Of a stretch of DNA of 64,000 nucleotides, positions 52,753 through 61,975 are shown one piece after another (position 1 is the first letter of the stretch; every line of letters starts with the position of its first letter). The translations under genes were made by a program, and so were the position numbers. This DNA comes from an uncultured Candidatus Bathyarchaeia archaeon (GTDB lineage Archaea; Thermoproteota; Bathyarchaeia; Bathyarchaeales; DTEX01), in the NCBI GenBank assembly GCA_964584965.1, contig CAZPBM010000068.1:2660-66659 (forward strand). The letters are read 5' to 3'. The notes beneath the pieces were generated by a model. The model was given only the letters and a program-made list of their open reading frames with translations, ran no database searches and had not been told where the DNA came from.

Positions 52753-54171
52753 TTAGATTTCTGAAGGTTTAGGTAACAAGAGACTATTCAAGTCTTTAGA
52801 GATGTCGTCAACGCGGCCATCCGTTAAATAGGTGTAAACTTCTTTATGTACATCAGATCTTTTCTCCCAGTCCCAAATTTTTTCTGCGGATTCCCTGCAG
52901 TTTCGAGCAATCTCATCTGGGCTTCTACCCTTGTAGTTTCCTTTATAGAATTGGATTATTTTCTCAGCTGTTTCCTGCGGATCGTCTGGGTTTATCCATA
53001 TTCCGTTGAATCCGTCAACAACTTTTTCTCGAAGCCCACCCATACCTACTGCTGGAACAATGCCACAGGACATGGATTCAAGGTCTACTTGTCCCTGAGG
53101 CTCGTACCTCGATGGAACCAACGTAAGGTTCCAAGAGTTGATGACCTTGATTTTTTCTTCACCCGTATAGAATGTGTTGTCAACGAACACTTTGTTGCTA
53201 ACGCCTAATTCTCGAATTCTGTCAGTAAAATTGTAATAATAATAGTTCTGCGGTTCAGTCTTTGTCACCACATGGAATTTCACTTCTGGAATCTTTTTAG
53301 TCAAAATCGTAGCAACTTCGGGTATAACGTCTATTCCCTTCACGGGCGTGCATCTTCCAATGAAACCTATTGTGAATCCTTTCTTCTCAACATTCGGCAA
53401 CGGCCTATACTCGTTGATGTCAACGCCGTGATAAATGGCAAAAACTCTATCCTCCACCTCTCCAAACTTCATTCCGTGAGCTTTTAACCCAAAGAGGTAC
53501 TCCTTCCTGTGGATTCGGCTGACCGTGAAAAGAGCTGAGCTGGGAAGCCTATGTAAGATTTTGAAGGTCAAGGGGAATTCAAGGTCGCGGATTAAACGAA
53601 GCCCCTGGTAGAACGAGGCGCCGTAGTCTCCTTTCACCATCAGCCTAAAATCAGACAGGTCAAGGTTGTTAGATGTTCCGTTCACATTGAAGTGTTGAAT
53701 TCCGCCTATTCTGCCGGGTTCAGTGGAATGGATGAAAATTGCCTGAACCAAGTCAGGGTGCAACCAAGCGTTCAGTCCGCTCCTTAAATAAGACATCCAA
53801 TCGTGTGGAGAGAAAATGTCTGTTTCTGCCATCCTGAAGGGTGATGGAACAGCACCAAAGTTTGTGAAGTATCGGGGAACAACGTATATCTCCGAAGGTG
53901 TCAAATAATCCACTTTGATACCGTATTGGTGCAGAATATCGTATGTCCAGGCGTAGGCTACGTCCAAGTCTACGTCGGTTGACGGTCGCCTTATGATGAC
54001 TCCCCTAAAATCTTCCCTTGTCGGGAGCTCTGGACTAAACCGCATAGAGAAGGTTTTAACGTCAAACCCCCTTTTAACAAGCCTTGGATACAGGTTGTTA
54101 TGAAAAGTTGACAGTCCACCTACAGCTCCAACGCCAGCTTCGTATGAGTCTACCCTTAGTCGAATTTGCAA
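52753..54171 (-). CDS. GT-B glycosyltransferase (divergent, 472 aa)
   Basis: The ORF contains VGAVGGLSTF...PHDW...VPSRYEPQGQVDLESMSCGIVPAVGMGGLREKV, a retaining GT4-like C-terminal motif. Confidence 0.65.
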   Translation of the reverse strand: MQIRLRVDSYEAGVGAVGGLSTFHNNLYPRLVKRGFDVKTFSMRFSPELPTREDFRGVIIRRPSTDVDLDVAYAWTYDILHQYGIKVDYLTPSEIYVVPRYFTNFGAVPSPFRMAETDIFSPHDWMSYLRSGLNAWLHPDLVQAIFIHSTEPGRIGGIQHFNVNGTSNNLDLSDFRLMVKGDYGASFYQGLRLIRDLEFPLTFKILHRLPSSALFTVSRIHRKEYLFGLKAHGMKFGEVEDRVFAIYHGVDINEYRPLPNVEKKGFTIGFIGRCTPVKGIDVIPEVATILTKKIPEVKFHVVTKTEPQNYYYYNFTDRIRELGVSNKVFVDNTFYTGEEKIKVINSWNLTLVPSRYEPQGQVDLESMSCGIVPAVGMGGLREKVVDGFNGIWINPDDPQETAEKIIQFYKGNYKGRSPDEIARNCRESAEKIWDWEKRSDVHKEVYTYLTDGRVDDISKDLNSLLLPKPSEI

Positions 54172-54460
54172 TCGGATTTCAACTCATTTAAACAATTGAT
54201 TTAGCACAACCTAAAGAATTCAGGCTGACAAATTAAGGTTATTATGCATATTTAGAGTTTGTGAAATGCCAGTTCTCATGAGAGATGCATGCCTCAACGC
54301 GGGACTCTTAGTTTATGTCTAACTTAGGTTAAAAGTCGCTAAGCATGTTTCCTCGTCTATGCTTCTGATGTGGAATCCTCTGAAATGTGTGTGATCACCA
54401 GCCAGAGTTGCGATAAGCTTGAAAGAGAATGGAATGGTTCGGCTTTTTGTTTGTTGGAAA

Positions 54461-54533
54461 TTGTTTGTTGTTGTCTGTGCTTGTTGTTGAGGGGGAGGGG
54501 GGTATATATAGTCGGGTCAGCTTTTCTGACCAT
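54461..54533. repeat. intergenic repeat copy B (inverted relative to copy A)
   Basis: The plus strand reads ...GTTGTTGAGGGGGAGGGGGGTATATATAGTCGGGTCAGCTTTTCTGACCAT. See copy A and the findings. Confidence 0.75.
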
Positions 54534-54765
54534 CTGCTTAAAGCTCAGGGGGCATGGGGTTGTTTGATGTAGCAATACTGTGTTGTTGAGGATTTTGGAA
54601 ATCATGGAAAGCTTAAGTATGACGGCAGAATCCCTTTTTAGGCATTGTTCAGTTAGTTGCCTTTTTCATTTTTGTTTCTGTGTTTTTTCTTAAAGGCTGG
54701 TTTTTCAAATAAGTTTTTTAACTTGCGTTCATGTTTTTTGGTTTAAACGGTATTGGTGTTCTAAA

Positions 54766-55617
54766 ATGAGTGGCTCTCTTGTGGCTTTGCTTAGGGGAAC
54801 CGATGGTAAAGAGTTGGCTTATAGAGCTTTAAGCGCTATTTCCGCTGACGAGGTTATTTCGATTAGAAAAAGGTTTCTGGTAAAAGTGAACATAACAATC
54901 ATGAAGACAGCTGCTGAGGGCATAACGACAGACCCAATGATGACGGAGGGCATAATAGAATATCTTAAGGACCATGGAGCCAAGGACATTGCTATTGCAG
55001 AGGGAGGCGGATGCGATGTAACTCGAGCTTACCAAAAACTAGGATTCAACGAAATAGCCAGCCGCCAAAATGTTAAACTTATAGACCTTAATCGGGAAGA
55101 GGGAGTCCTCAAGAAAGTTCCTATTCCACATTATATCTCGGAGTTCTGGATTGCTAAGCCTGTTCTGGAATATGACTGCTTAATCAGTGCTCCGAAGCTT
55201 AAGATTCATGCATTGGATTGGCAAGTCACGTTGGCCATGAAGAACCTGATGGGTCTTCTAGCACGAGGAAAACGTGGTTCAATTCACCGCGAGGACCGTG
55301 GAATAGTCGATCTGCTTCAACTTCTTAAGCCTGACCTTTCAGTCATCGACGGGATTATTGGCGGTGAAGAACATGAGCTGCGGAGTAAACCAGTCGAAAT
55401 GAACGTGATTATTGCTGGAAAAGACTACGTGGCAACAGACGCTGTTGGAGCTGCAGTCATGGGATTTTCAGAACATGAACTTCCAAGGCACATAAGACTA
55501 TCTCAGGAAATGGGGTTTGGAACATGCGCCCTAAGCAAGATAAAATTAGTAGGCGATGTCACAATTGATGATGTGAAAAAGAACTTTAAAAGAAGTGGGT
55601 CACACTGGCTTTGGTGA
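54766..55617 (+). CDS. DUF362-domain protein
   Basis: The ORF contains FLVKVNI....GITTDP.M.EGIIEYLKDHGAKDIAIAEGGG...PKLKIHAL, the DUF362 pattern as I recall it. Confidence 0.6.
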   Translation: MSGSLVALLRGTDGKELAYRALSAISADEVISIRKRFLVKVNITIMKTAAEGITTDPMMTEGIIEYLKDHGAKDIAIAEGGGCDVTRAYQKLGFNEIASRQNVKLIDLNREEGVLKKVPIPHYISEFWIAKPVLEYDCLISAPKLKIHALDWQVTLAMKNLMGLLARGKRGSIHREDRGIVDLLQLLKPDLSVIDGIIGGEEHELRSKPVEMNVIIAGKDYVATDAVGAAVMGFSEHELPRHIRLSQEMGFGTCALSKIKLVGDVTIDDVKKNFKRSGSHWLW

Positions 55618-55653
55618 GTAAGCCACTAATCTTCATTAACAGTTTCTAATATG

Positions 55654-56049
55654 CTATATTCGTGTCCCGACTAAGAGAAGGACGGCTGTTTTGTTTCCAG
55701 TGTTAAAGAAGCCGTGAGGCACCTTTGCTGGTAGAAAGATTGCGTCGCCTGCTTTAACTTTAGCTTTTTCGTCTCCAACTTGAACTGTTCCTTCTCCTCT
55801 GAGGACAATGTAGACTTGTTCTGCGTCCTCGTGAACGTGAACTTGGTTTGTTCCTCCAGGCTTCAATGTCAACCTTGCAAAGTTTGTAAACGACTTCATG
55901 GAGTCAGGTTTTGTTTCTCCAAACTTGCTTCCGTGAGCGTCTGACTGCCAAAAAACCTGATACAGAGTTGAGCCTCCATGAATGTCTTCAAGGGTTTTTT
56001 TCTTTATTTTCGTGATGTGTTTGATGTACATTTTTTCGCTCCTTTTCAA
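55654..56049 (-). CDS. cupin-domain protein
   Basis: The ORF contains GGTNQVHVHEDAEQVYIVLRGEG...GDAIFLPAKVPHGFFN, matching cupin motifs 1 and 2. Confidence 0.75.
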   Translation of the reverse strand: MKRSEKMYIKHITKIKKKTLEDIHGGSTLYQVFWQSDAHGSKFGETKPDSMKSFTNFARLTLKPGGTNQVHVHEDAEQVYIVLRGEGTVQVGDEKAKVKAGDAIFLPAKVPHGFFNTGNKTAVLLLVGTRI

Positions 56050-56174
56050 CTTTGCATTAATATTAGATTTGATTCTTTCTATAATGTTTTCGTTGTTCTC
56101 TCTTTTATATGAACATCTTTTTTACCACATATATACCAGCGTGTTAGAAAGACATTTTCCTTCGATAATTCGTT

Positions 56175-56849
56175 TTGCACACAGTAATTGTTGGAGGCAT
56201 ATTGTTGTCCGAAAAGTTTAGGCAAAAATGGGAAGAACCCTCAAAAGGGCTTAAATCTCTTCGCCGAACACAGCCTTTGAAGCCTCAAATTACGCGTGTT
56301 CTAACACGTGTTGAGGCTCAAAGCGAAAGGCTTAGTGAATATATAAGCAGATACGATTTTCGGGACAAGGAGATCTTCGAAAAAATTGTTCAAGCGCAAC
56401 AAAGACACGACAATGCCCATGCCAAGATGTTAGCAGACGAATTATCTGAGGTACGTAGACAGAAAAATGTTCTCATGCATTCCAAGCTTGCGTTGGAAAA
56501 TGTGTGCCTCAGATTACGCACAGTTTACGAGTTTGGAAACACCGCCTCGTCAGTTTCAGGAGTAGTTAAAACTCTTAAGAGCATCAGAAATGGTATTGCA
56601 GGATTGTTGCCTGACATTGGAAATGAAATATTCCAAGTTGAAAACATGCTTGGAAACATGGTTGTTGACATCGGTGGAACAATAGACGCATCCTACGACT
56701 TCACACCAGTAAGCGAAGATGCGAATAAAATTCTAAGAGAAGCTGCAGTTGTAGTAGAAAGTCGAACTAAGGAAAAACTGCCCAGCTTAGGTGTCCCACA
56801 AGAAGGCGACTATTTAAGTGGAGGGTCAACTGAAAATAATCAAACGTAA
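56175..56849 (+). CDS. ESCRT-III/Snf7-family (CdvB-like) protein
   Basis: The layout LKPQITRVLTRVEAQSERLSEYISRYDFRDKEIFEKIVQAQQRHDNAHAKMLADELSEVRRQKNVLMHSKLALENVCLRLRTV... parallels crenarchaeal CdvB as I recall it. The start codon is uncertain and is a TTG. Confidence 0.6.
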   Translation: MHTVIVGGILLSEKFRQKWEEPSKGLKSLRRTQPLKPQITRVLTRVEAQSERLSEYISRYDFRDKEIFEKIVQAQQRHDNAHAKMLADELSEVRRQKNVLMHSKLALENVCLRLRTVYEFGNTASSVSGVVKTLKSIRNGIAGLLPDIGNEIFQVENMLGNMVVDIGGTIDASYDFTPVSEDANKILREAAVVVESRTKEKLPSLGVPQEGDYLSGGSTENNQT

Positions 56850-56886
56850 AAAATTCTTTGTCCCTGAAATTATGCGTAGTTCCCTG

Positions 56887-57780
56887 TTAGAGCAGGCCTA
56901 ATTGGTTGAATCCCTTCCGCACCAAGTTAAACTCTTCGTCTGTAGCAGGAAGAATTGGACGCTTAGTCACGCCGACGTCTATTCCTCTTTCTTTAAGTAG
57001 CCTGTGGCAGATGGCAATGGTGGACTTCGCTGAAGTAAGTATCTTCCGAGCTTCAACAGCTTTCATTTGAATCTTTACAGCTTCATCATAATTCTTTCTG
57101 GTAATTGTGTTGTAAAGCTGGACAACAAGCTCTGGAAAAACGTTTGCGGTCCCTGAAACGCATCCTTTTGCTCCTACCATCATTGCGGGAAGGAGAAGAG
57201 CTTCTGTGCCAACCATAAACGTGAAGTTTTCTCTTTTCCCTAATTCGATGATGAAGTGCATAAAATCGACTAGGCTGAAGCTGCTGTCCTTGATTCCCTG
57301 AACTCCAAAGTCAGCCATCTTAGTAAGGATTGACGGAGTTATTGTGAAACCAGATGTTCGCGGAATATTGTATGCATAAACGGGAATCCTTACGGCTCTA
57401 ACAATTTGTTTATAGTGCTCCAGAATGGCAACTTCATCGTAACTATAATAGTAAGGAGGCACAACTGCAACAACGTCGACTCCAACCTTTTCCGCGTGCT
57501 TCGCCAATTTCACAGTTTCGTCAGTGCTCGCTGCGCCTACCTGAGCTATGACTGCAATGCGGCTTTTAAGATGGTTCACGGTTACCTCAATAACCTTCTT
57601 GCGCTGCTCAGTGGTCATAAGTGGCCCAGACCCATATGTTCCACATGGAAAAATCCCATGAACTCCCTTCTCAACTTGAAAATCCAAAAGCCGCTTCAAT
57701 CCTTCTTCGTAGACTTCACCGTTCTCAGTAAACGGCGTAATAAGTGGCACAACAACACCCTTGATTTCAAGCTTAGACAA
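56887..57780 (-). CDS. DHDPS/NAL-family class I aldolase (DapA or KDG-aldolase-like)
   Basis: The ORF contains GVVVPLITPF...GIFPCGTYGSG...YNIP...GIKDSS, which includes the Schiff-base Lys context. Confidence 0.8.
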   Translation of the reverse strand: MSKLEIKGVVVPLITPFTENGEVYEEGLKRLLDFQVEKGVHGIFPCGTYGSGPLMTTEQRKKVIEVTVNHLKSRIAVIAQVGAASTDETVKLAKHAEKVGVDVVAVVPPYYYSYDEVAILEHYKQIVRAVRIPVYAYNIPRTSGFTITPSILTKMADFGVQGIKDSSFSLVDFMHFIIELGKRENFTFMVGTEALLLPAMMVGAKGCVSGTANVFPELVVQLYNTITRKNYDEAVKIQMKAVEARKILTSAKSTIAICHRLLKERGIDVGVTKRPILPATDEEFNLVRKGFNQLGLL

Positions 57781-57993
57781 CTCATGTCTCTCCGTGCTCG
57801 TTAAGTAAAACGATGTATCTTGATTTATGCATTATCTATAAAGCCTTTTACTATTTTGCACATTTTTGGAAAAATGTACATGATACTTCAATATTGACTC
57901 GAAACACATCGCAAGGATTGATGAATAGTTAGTTCCCTTAATAGTTGCTGGGAATAATGGTCAAAGAAAAACGTGGTATTGCGAAAAAGGTTT

Positions 57994-58479
57994 CTAGAAT
58001 TTTTCGTAGTGAACAATTTCAGACATTGTCTTTCTAGCTTTCGGATTGGGGGTCTCAGCTGGGTATCCTAGCGGAGTTACAGCGACAACTTTTACGTGTT
58101 CAGGAATGTGCAAAACCCTTTTTATGGTTTCGTCGGCGCCTAATCTGCCCATCCAGCATGTTCCTAAACCGAAATTCGCAGCTGCCAAGACAAGGTGTTC
58201 GAAGGCGATGGCAAGGTCAACCATATACCACGTCGGCGAAACATCAGCATCTCCACAGCCAACAATAACAACAGGCGCCTCTGCTGCCCAGCTGGAAATT
58301 CCTAGCTGTTTCTTTGTCTCCGGGTTCTTGACAACTATAAAGTGCCACGGTTGACGGTGACCAGCTGATGGTGCGAGCCTAGCAGCCTCTAAAATCTGGT
58401 TGAGAATCTCGTCTGAAACGGGGTCAGGTTTATATCGCCTTATGCTTCTACGATTTTTCACAACTTCCATAAAGTCCAA
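57994..58479 (-). CDS. nitroreductase-family protein
   Basis: The ORF contains RRSIRRYKPDPVSDE...LEAARLAPSAGHRQPWHFIVV...GLGTCWMG. Confidence 0.8.
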   Translation of the reverse strand: MDFMEVVKNRRSIRRYKPDPVSDEILNQILEAARLAPSAGHRQPWHFIVVKNPETKKQLGISSWAAEAPVVIVGCGDADVSPTWYMVDLAIAFEHLVLAAANFGLGTCWMGRLGADETIKRVLHIPEHVKVVAVTPLGYPAETPNPKARKTMSEIVHYEKF

Positions 58480-58583
58480 CTTTTGACACCATCCATAAAG
58501 ATCAATACGCAGATAAGGATATTAAAATTCCGCAATTTGAAGAGAACCTTTTGTTTCAAAAAATTTCCAGCAGTCAGACAACG

Positions 58584-59040
58584 TTACACGTTCTTTTCTT
58601 CAGTTATCTCCAAAAGAAGCACTATGGCTGTTGTAACGTATTCAGCGCATTTTTTCTGGAAAACATTATCTTCCATCGCCTTTTCATACTCAACAGGGTC
58701 AGAAAGATTGTATCCAATAAGATCCCTGCAAAGAACGCTGCCATTTCGTTTTTCAAACTCTAAAAAATCTTCTTGAAATCTCGTATGTCCTAAGCCGCTT
58801 TTCCGCTGAAGGCTCGTCGGTTCCAAACTTTGCCCCCAACGCCACGATGCCGCCTGTTAATGCACCACAAACAGAGCCGCATCTTCCTATGCCGCCGTCA
58901 AAACCTGTGGCGATCCTAGGAACTAATTCGTCTTTAATTTCCCAATGCCCAAACATTGTGAGCAAGACGCTTTGGCTGCAATTGAAACCTTTCAAGAGGA
59001 GGCTTGAGGCTTTTTGGCCTAAATTTTGTTTGTCAATCAA
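58584..59040 (-). pseudogene. C_GCAxxG_C_C-family redox protein, split by a 1-nt indel in an A6/T6 run (58762-58767)
   Basis: The upstream ORF carries FNCSQSVL and GRCGSVCGALTGG. The downstream ORF carries EFEKRNGSVLCRDL...KKCAEYV. Removing one T from the T6 run gives the continuous sequence ...KRLRTYEISRRFLEFEKRNGSVLCRDL. Confidence 0.65.
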
Positions 59041-59115
59041 AGACTGGGGCTCCTATTAATTTCTAGATTAATGGCACTTTTTGGTTAATAGGGTATTTAT
59101 ATTAAAAAATTATGT

Positions 59116-60132
59116 TCAATACCCTCTCAACATTATCATTAAGAAAAGAAAGTACAAGAAAAGCAACATTAATCCTTCTCTCCAACTAATTCTTTGGTTT
59201 GTCAGAAAATACCAAATGAACAGGTTGGCAATAATTGAGAATATAACCAAGTTTGAGAAGGCAGCCATGTTAACCGTTAAGCTGGAACTAATTAATGCTA
59301 CTCCAAGAATTAACGTAATGTTTATGAACCCGCTTCCAATGACGTTGCCCAGTGCAACTTCTATATGCCCTTTCTTTGTTGCATCGATGCTTGTCACAAG
59401 TTCAGGTAAACTTGTTCCAAAAGCAACAATCGTGGCTCCAATAACGATTCTGGGAACACCAACTTCGATAGCGATGTAAGAGGCGGATTCAACAATAAAA
59501 TATGAGCTAGCAACAACACCTGTTGCTCCAAGAAAAGTCCACGCAATATACTTGTTAAGCATCTGCTTGCCAGCCTTGGAAGTCTTTGCTTCTTTCTTCT
59601 TTTCTTTTCCAGCTCCTCCTCTGGAAAGCTGAATTGAGTTGTATACAAAGAGAATAATGAGAATTAAGCCGATGAACCTACTTGCTTCTCCTATGTATAC
59701 AAGGGCTAACGGAATTATTGAGGCGATAAAAAGGCCAAAATATAGGCTTTGTGCCTCCTCTCTTTCAAATGAAGTTGGAAATGTTAACCTACCTGAGTTT
59801 TTAATGGCAACTAAAAGGAAGCAGATGCCGAGTATCAAGCAAATGTTTACGATGTTTGAACCTAAAACGTTGCCAATTGCAACGCTGATGTTTTCCTGAC
59901 CTATCGCAGCGAAAATTGACACGGACAGTTCAGGTAAAGACGTAGAAAAGGCAACAAGCAGAAATCCTATAGTCGTTTTTCCAAGGCCAGTTACGTCGGC
60001 AACTTTCACTGAGTTGTCTATTGTTACGTCGCTGGATTTGTCTAGAGCGAAAAGAGACGCAATAAGTATCGCAATGTTTCCCAGCAGTCCAGCTTCTTCA
60101 AAGATTGCGTTAACCCCCATAGAGGTTTGCAA
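59116..60132 (-). CDS. Ca2+/Na+ antiporter, CaCA family (YrbG-like)
   Basis: Two alpha-repeats are present, GNVLGSNIVNICLILG and ALGNVIGSGFINITLILG, each preceded by SLPEL. About 10 TM helices are predicted. Confidence 0.85.
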   Translation of the reverse strand: MQTSMGVNAIFEEAGLLGNIAILIASLFALDKSSDVTIDNSVKVADVTGLGKTTIGFLLVAFSTSLPELSVSIFAAIGQENISVAIGNVLGSNIVNICLILGICFLLVAIKNSGRLTFPTSFEREEAQSLYFGLFIASIIPLALVYIGEASRFIGLILIILFVYNSIQLSRGGAGKEKKKEAKTSKAGKQMLNKYIAWTFLGATGVVASSYFIVESASYIAIEVGVPRIVIGATIVAFGTSLPELVTSIDATKKGHIEVALGNVIGSGFINITLILGVALISSSLTVNMAAFSNLVIFSIIANLFIWYFLTNQRISWREGLMLLFLYFLFLMIMLRGY

Positions 60133-60271
60133 AAAATAACAATTGAAACCATATATATTTTTCTATTTTACAATATAGAATTCTTACAACAACTTGGATA
60201 ATATGAACAACATAAATAAAATTAGTTCATAAAGCCAAAGAAACATTTATCATATAAAAGATTTACATGCA

Positions 60272-60583
60272 TTATTTCTGAAATGACAAACAAGCGAGAA
60301 AATCTACTTTTGTTGGCACAGTCTTTTTTGTTTGAAGGGTTTCTCTTACAATTTTCATGTGATACCAAACTAGTTCTTTGCCGTTAGGTGTAAGGTTGAA
60401 AACTTTTGTTTCGCCATTGTTTTCTTCAAATAAGAGACCGTGAGCAACGAGAAACTCCGTGTGTTTCTTTAATCTCTTCCAAGTTAAATTTGCACGATAC
60501 ATTATGTGCGTAGGTTTATGTCTGCCTTCAGAAACAGCTTTGAGAATGTCAATGTATATTTCGAATTGAGACCGTCTAGACAT
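60272..60583 (-). CDS. small winged-helix DNA-binding protein
   Basis: The ORF contains RSQFEIYIDILKAVSEGRHKPTHIMYRANLTWKRLKKHTEFLVAHGLL, an archaeal HTH_45-like pattern. Confidence 0.55.
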   Translation of the reverse strand: MSRRSQFEIYIDILKAVSEGRHKPTHIMYRANLTWKRLKKHTEFLVAHGLLFEENNGETKVFNLTPNGKELVWYHMKIVRETLQTKKTVPTKVDFLACLSFQK

Positions 60584-60732
60584 GGGAGACAGTCACCGTG
60601 AAATTTCAACTCCTCGAAAAACCAATAATAAGCTTTCTATTATGCAGAAATATACGGAAACACAAAAACATAGAAAAGTCTAAACGATAACGAACCTCTT
60701 AACTAGAAAGAAAAGATAGTGGATAAAAAAAA

Positions 60733-61857
60733 TTAAAGTTTAAGGGCCGTTGACTTCGAGTTTTTCTCAACTTCTTCAGCCGTAACTTCTCGTCCTAACG
60801 TGTCTGAAAGATAGATGCCCTCGCTGATAAGCATCGTTTGAAGCGCAACCTGAGCTGTAGGAAGCAGTTGAACAAAGCCTCTTAACGCCGCAACCCAATG
60901 ATGTTGAGGCGAATCGTAAGCATTCTCATTTTCTCGAAGCTGATGCCACCTCCAGTCTGCAGCGTCAAGGTTAAAGGTTGCGTCCATATCCATGTCGCCA
61001 AACGTCGTGTGGAAGCTGAATGGATACAGCCGAATGCCGCCTTTGGAACCTAATATGTAGCTGCCTTCAAACGGGTTTAGATGAACAGCCCAAGATTCAA
61101 TAATATCAAGCGTTAATCCTCCCTCAAATCGAACCAGTCCTAGGCCAAGCTCCTCAACATTGTAGCCACTTGCCTTCCTTCTACCTTCGTCCATGTCGGT
61201 TTCTTGATAGATCTTTCCGCTGATACGTTCAACCTTCGGCAAATTCAACAAATAGTTCATTTGAGCGATGTGGTAGACGCCCACATCGTAAAGTGCTCCG
61301 CCAGCTGAAATGTGTTTCTGGACAAAGTTCATCGAGCCGTAACCATCCACGTAAGGACGACCCCTTCGACGGAAGCCTGTTGACCTAGCATGATAAAGGT
61401 GCCCAAGTTTTCCTTCATCAATTAAACGTTTAGCTGCCTTCGTCTCCTTTGTGAACAGTGTCGAAAGTTGAATACTGAGCTTTCGGCCATACTTCTGAGA
61501 TGCCTCAAACATTGCTTTAGCATCAATGTATGTCCCCGCCATAGGTTTCTCGCAGTACACGTTTTTTCCTTTCCGCAACGCTTCAATCGTCACAGGAGCA
61601 TGCAGATTGTTGTGGAGACAAACATCAACCGCCTCAATGTCGTCGCGGTCCAACAGTTCACGGAAATTCGTGTATGTTGAAGGAATCTTGAACATCTCAG
61701 CAACTCTTTTCAGTTCAGATTCGTTGATGTCTGCGGCGGCAACAACCTCAACTTCAGGTATCTTCGCATAGTTACTTAAGTGGGCTTTTCCTATCTGTCC
61801 CACACCGATTATACCAATCCGAGTCTTGGATTCCATTTCCTTTTTTCTCCTGAACAA
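60733..61857 (-). CDS. Gfo/Idh/MocA-family oxidoreductase
   Basis: The ORF contains [15 protein letters not shown]...VYCEKPMA. The start may instead be the internal ATG at 61834-61836. Confidence 0.8.
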   Translation of the reverse strand: MFRRKKEMESKTRIGIIGVGQIGKAHLSNYAKIPEVEVVAAADINESELKRVAEMFKIPSTYTNFRELLDRDDIEAVDVCLHNNLHAPVTIEALRKGKNVYCEKPMAGTYIDAKAMFEASQKYGRKLSIQLSTLFTKETKAAKRLIDEGKLGHLYHARSTGFRRRGRPYVDGYGSMNFVQKHISAGGALYDVGVYHIAQMNYLLNLPKVERISGKIYQETDMDEGRRKASGYNVEELGLGLVRFEGGLTLDIIESWAVHLNPFEGSYILGSKGGIRLYPFSFHTTFGDMDMDATFNLDAADWRWHQLRENENAYDSPQHHWVAALRGFVQLLPTAQVALQTMLISEGIYLSDTLGREVTAEEVEKNSKSTALKL

Positions 61858-61975
61858 TCGTGATTTGGATTTGTGTGTTATTCCTACTAAGAGCTATTTC
61901 TGTGTTTCCTAAAAAAATGACCAATCTTGTTTAGAAAGTAATTACGTCAGTTAATCTATTCATTGATTGACCATT

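Noticed and set aside
54172-54460. I looked here and in the 23S trailer (38331-38560) for a 5S rRNA or other structured RNA.
   Set aside because: I could find no 5S-like conserved loop sequences (CCGAAC...GAAGTTAAGC type) and no terminal helix. A covariance-model scan is still needed to be sure.
54357-54605. The 82 aa ORF here shares the peptide RKADPTIYTPLPLNN with the 170 aa ORF at 38424-38936, which could suggest a conserved micro-protein.
   Set aside because: The shared peptide is simply the translation of the nucleotide repeat. Similarity ends where the repeat ends. One ORF runs into the rRNA gene. The two ORFs are not co-linear outside the repeat.
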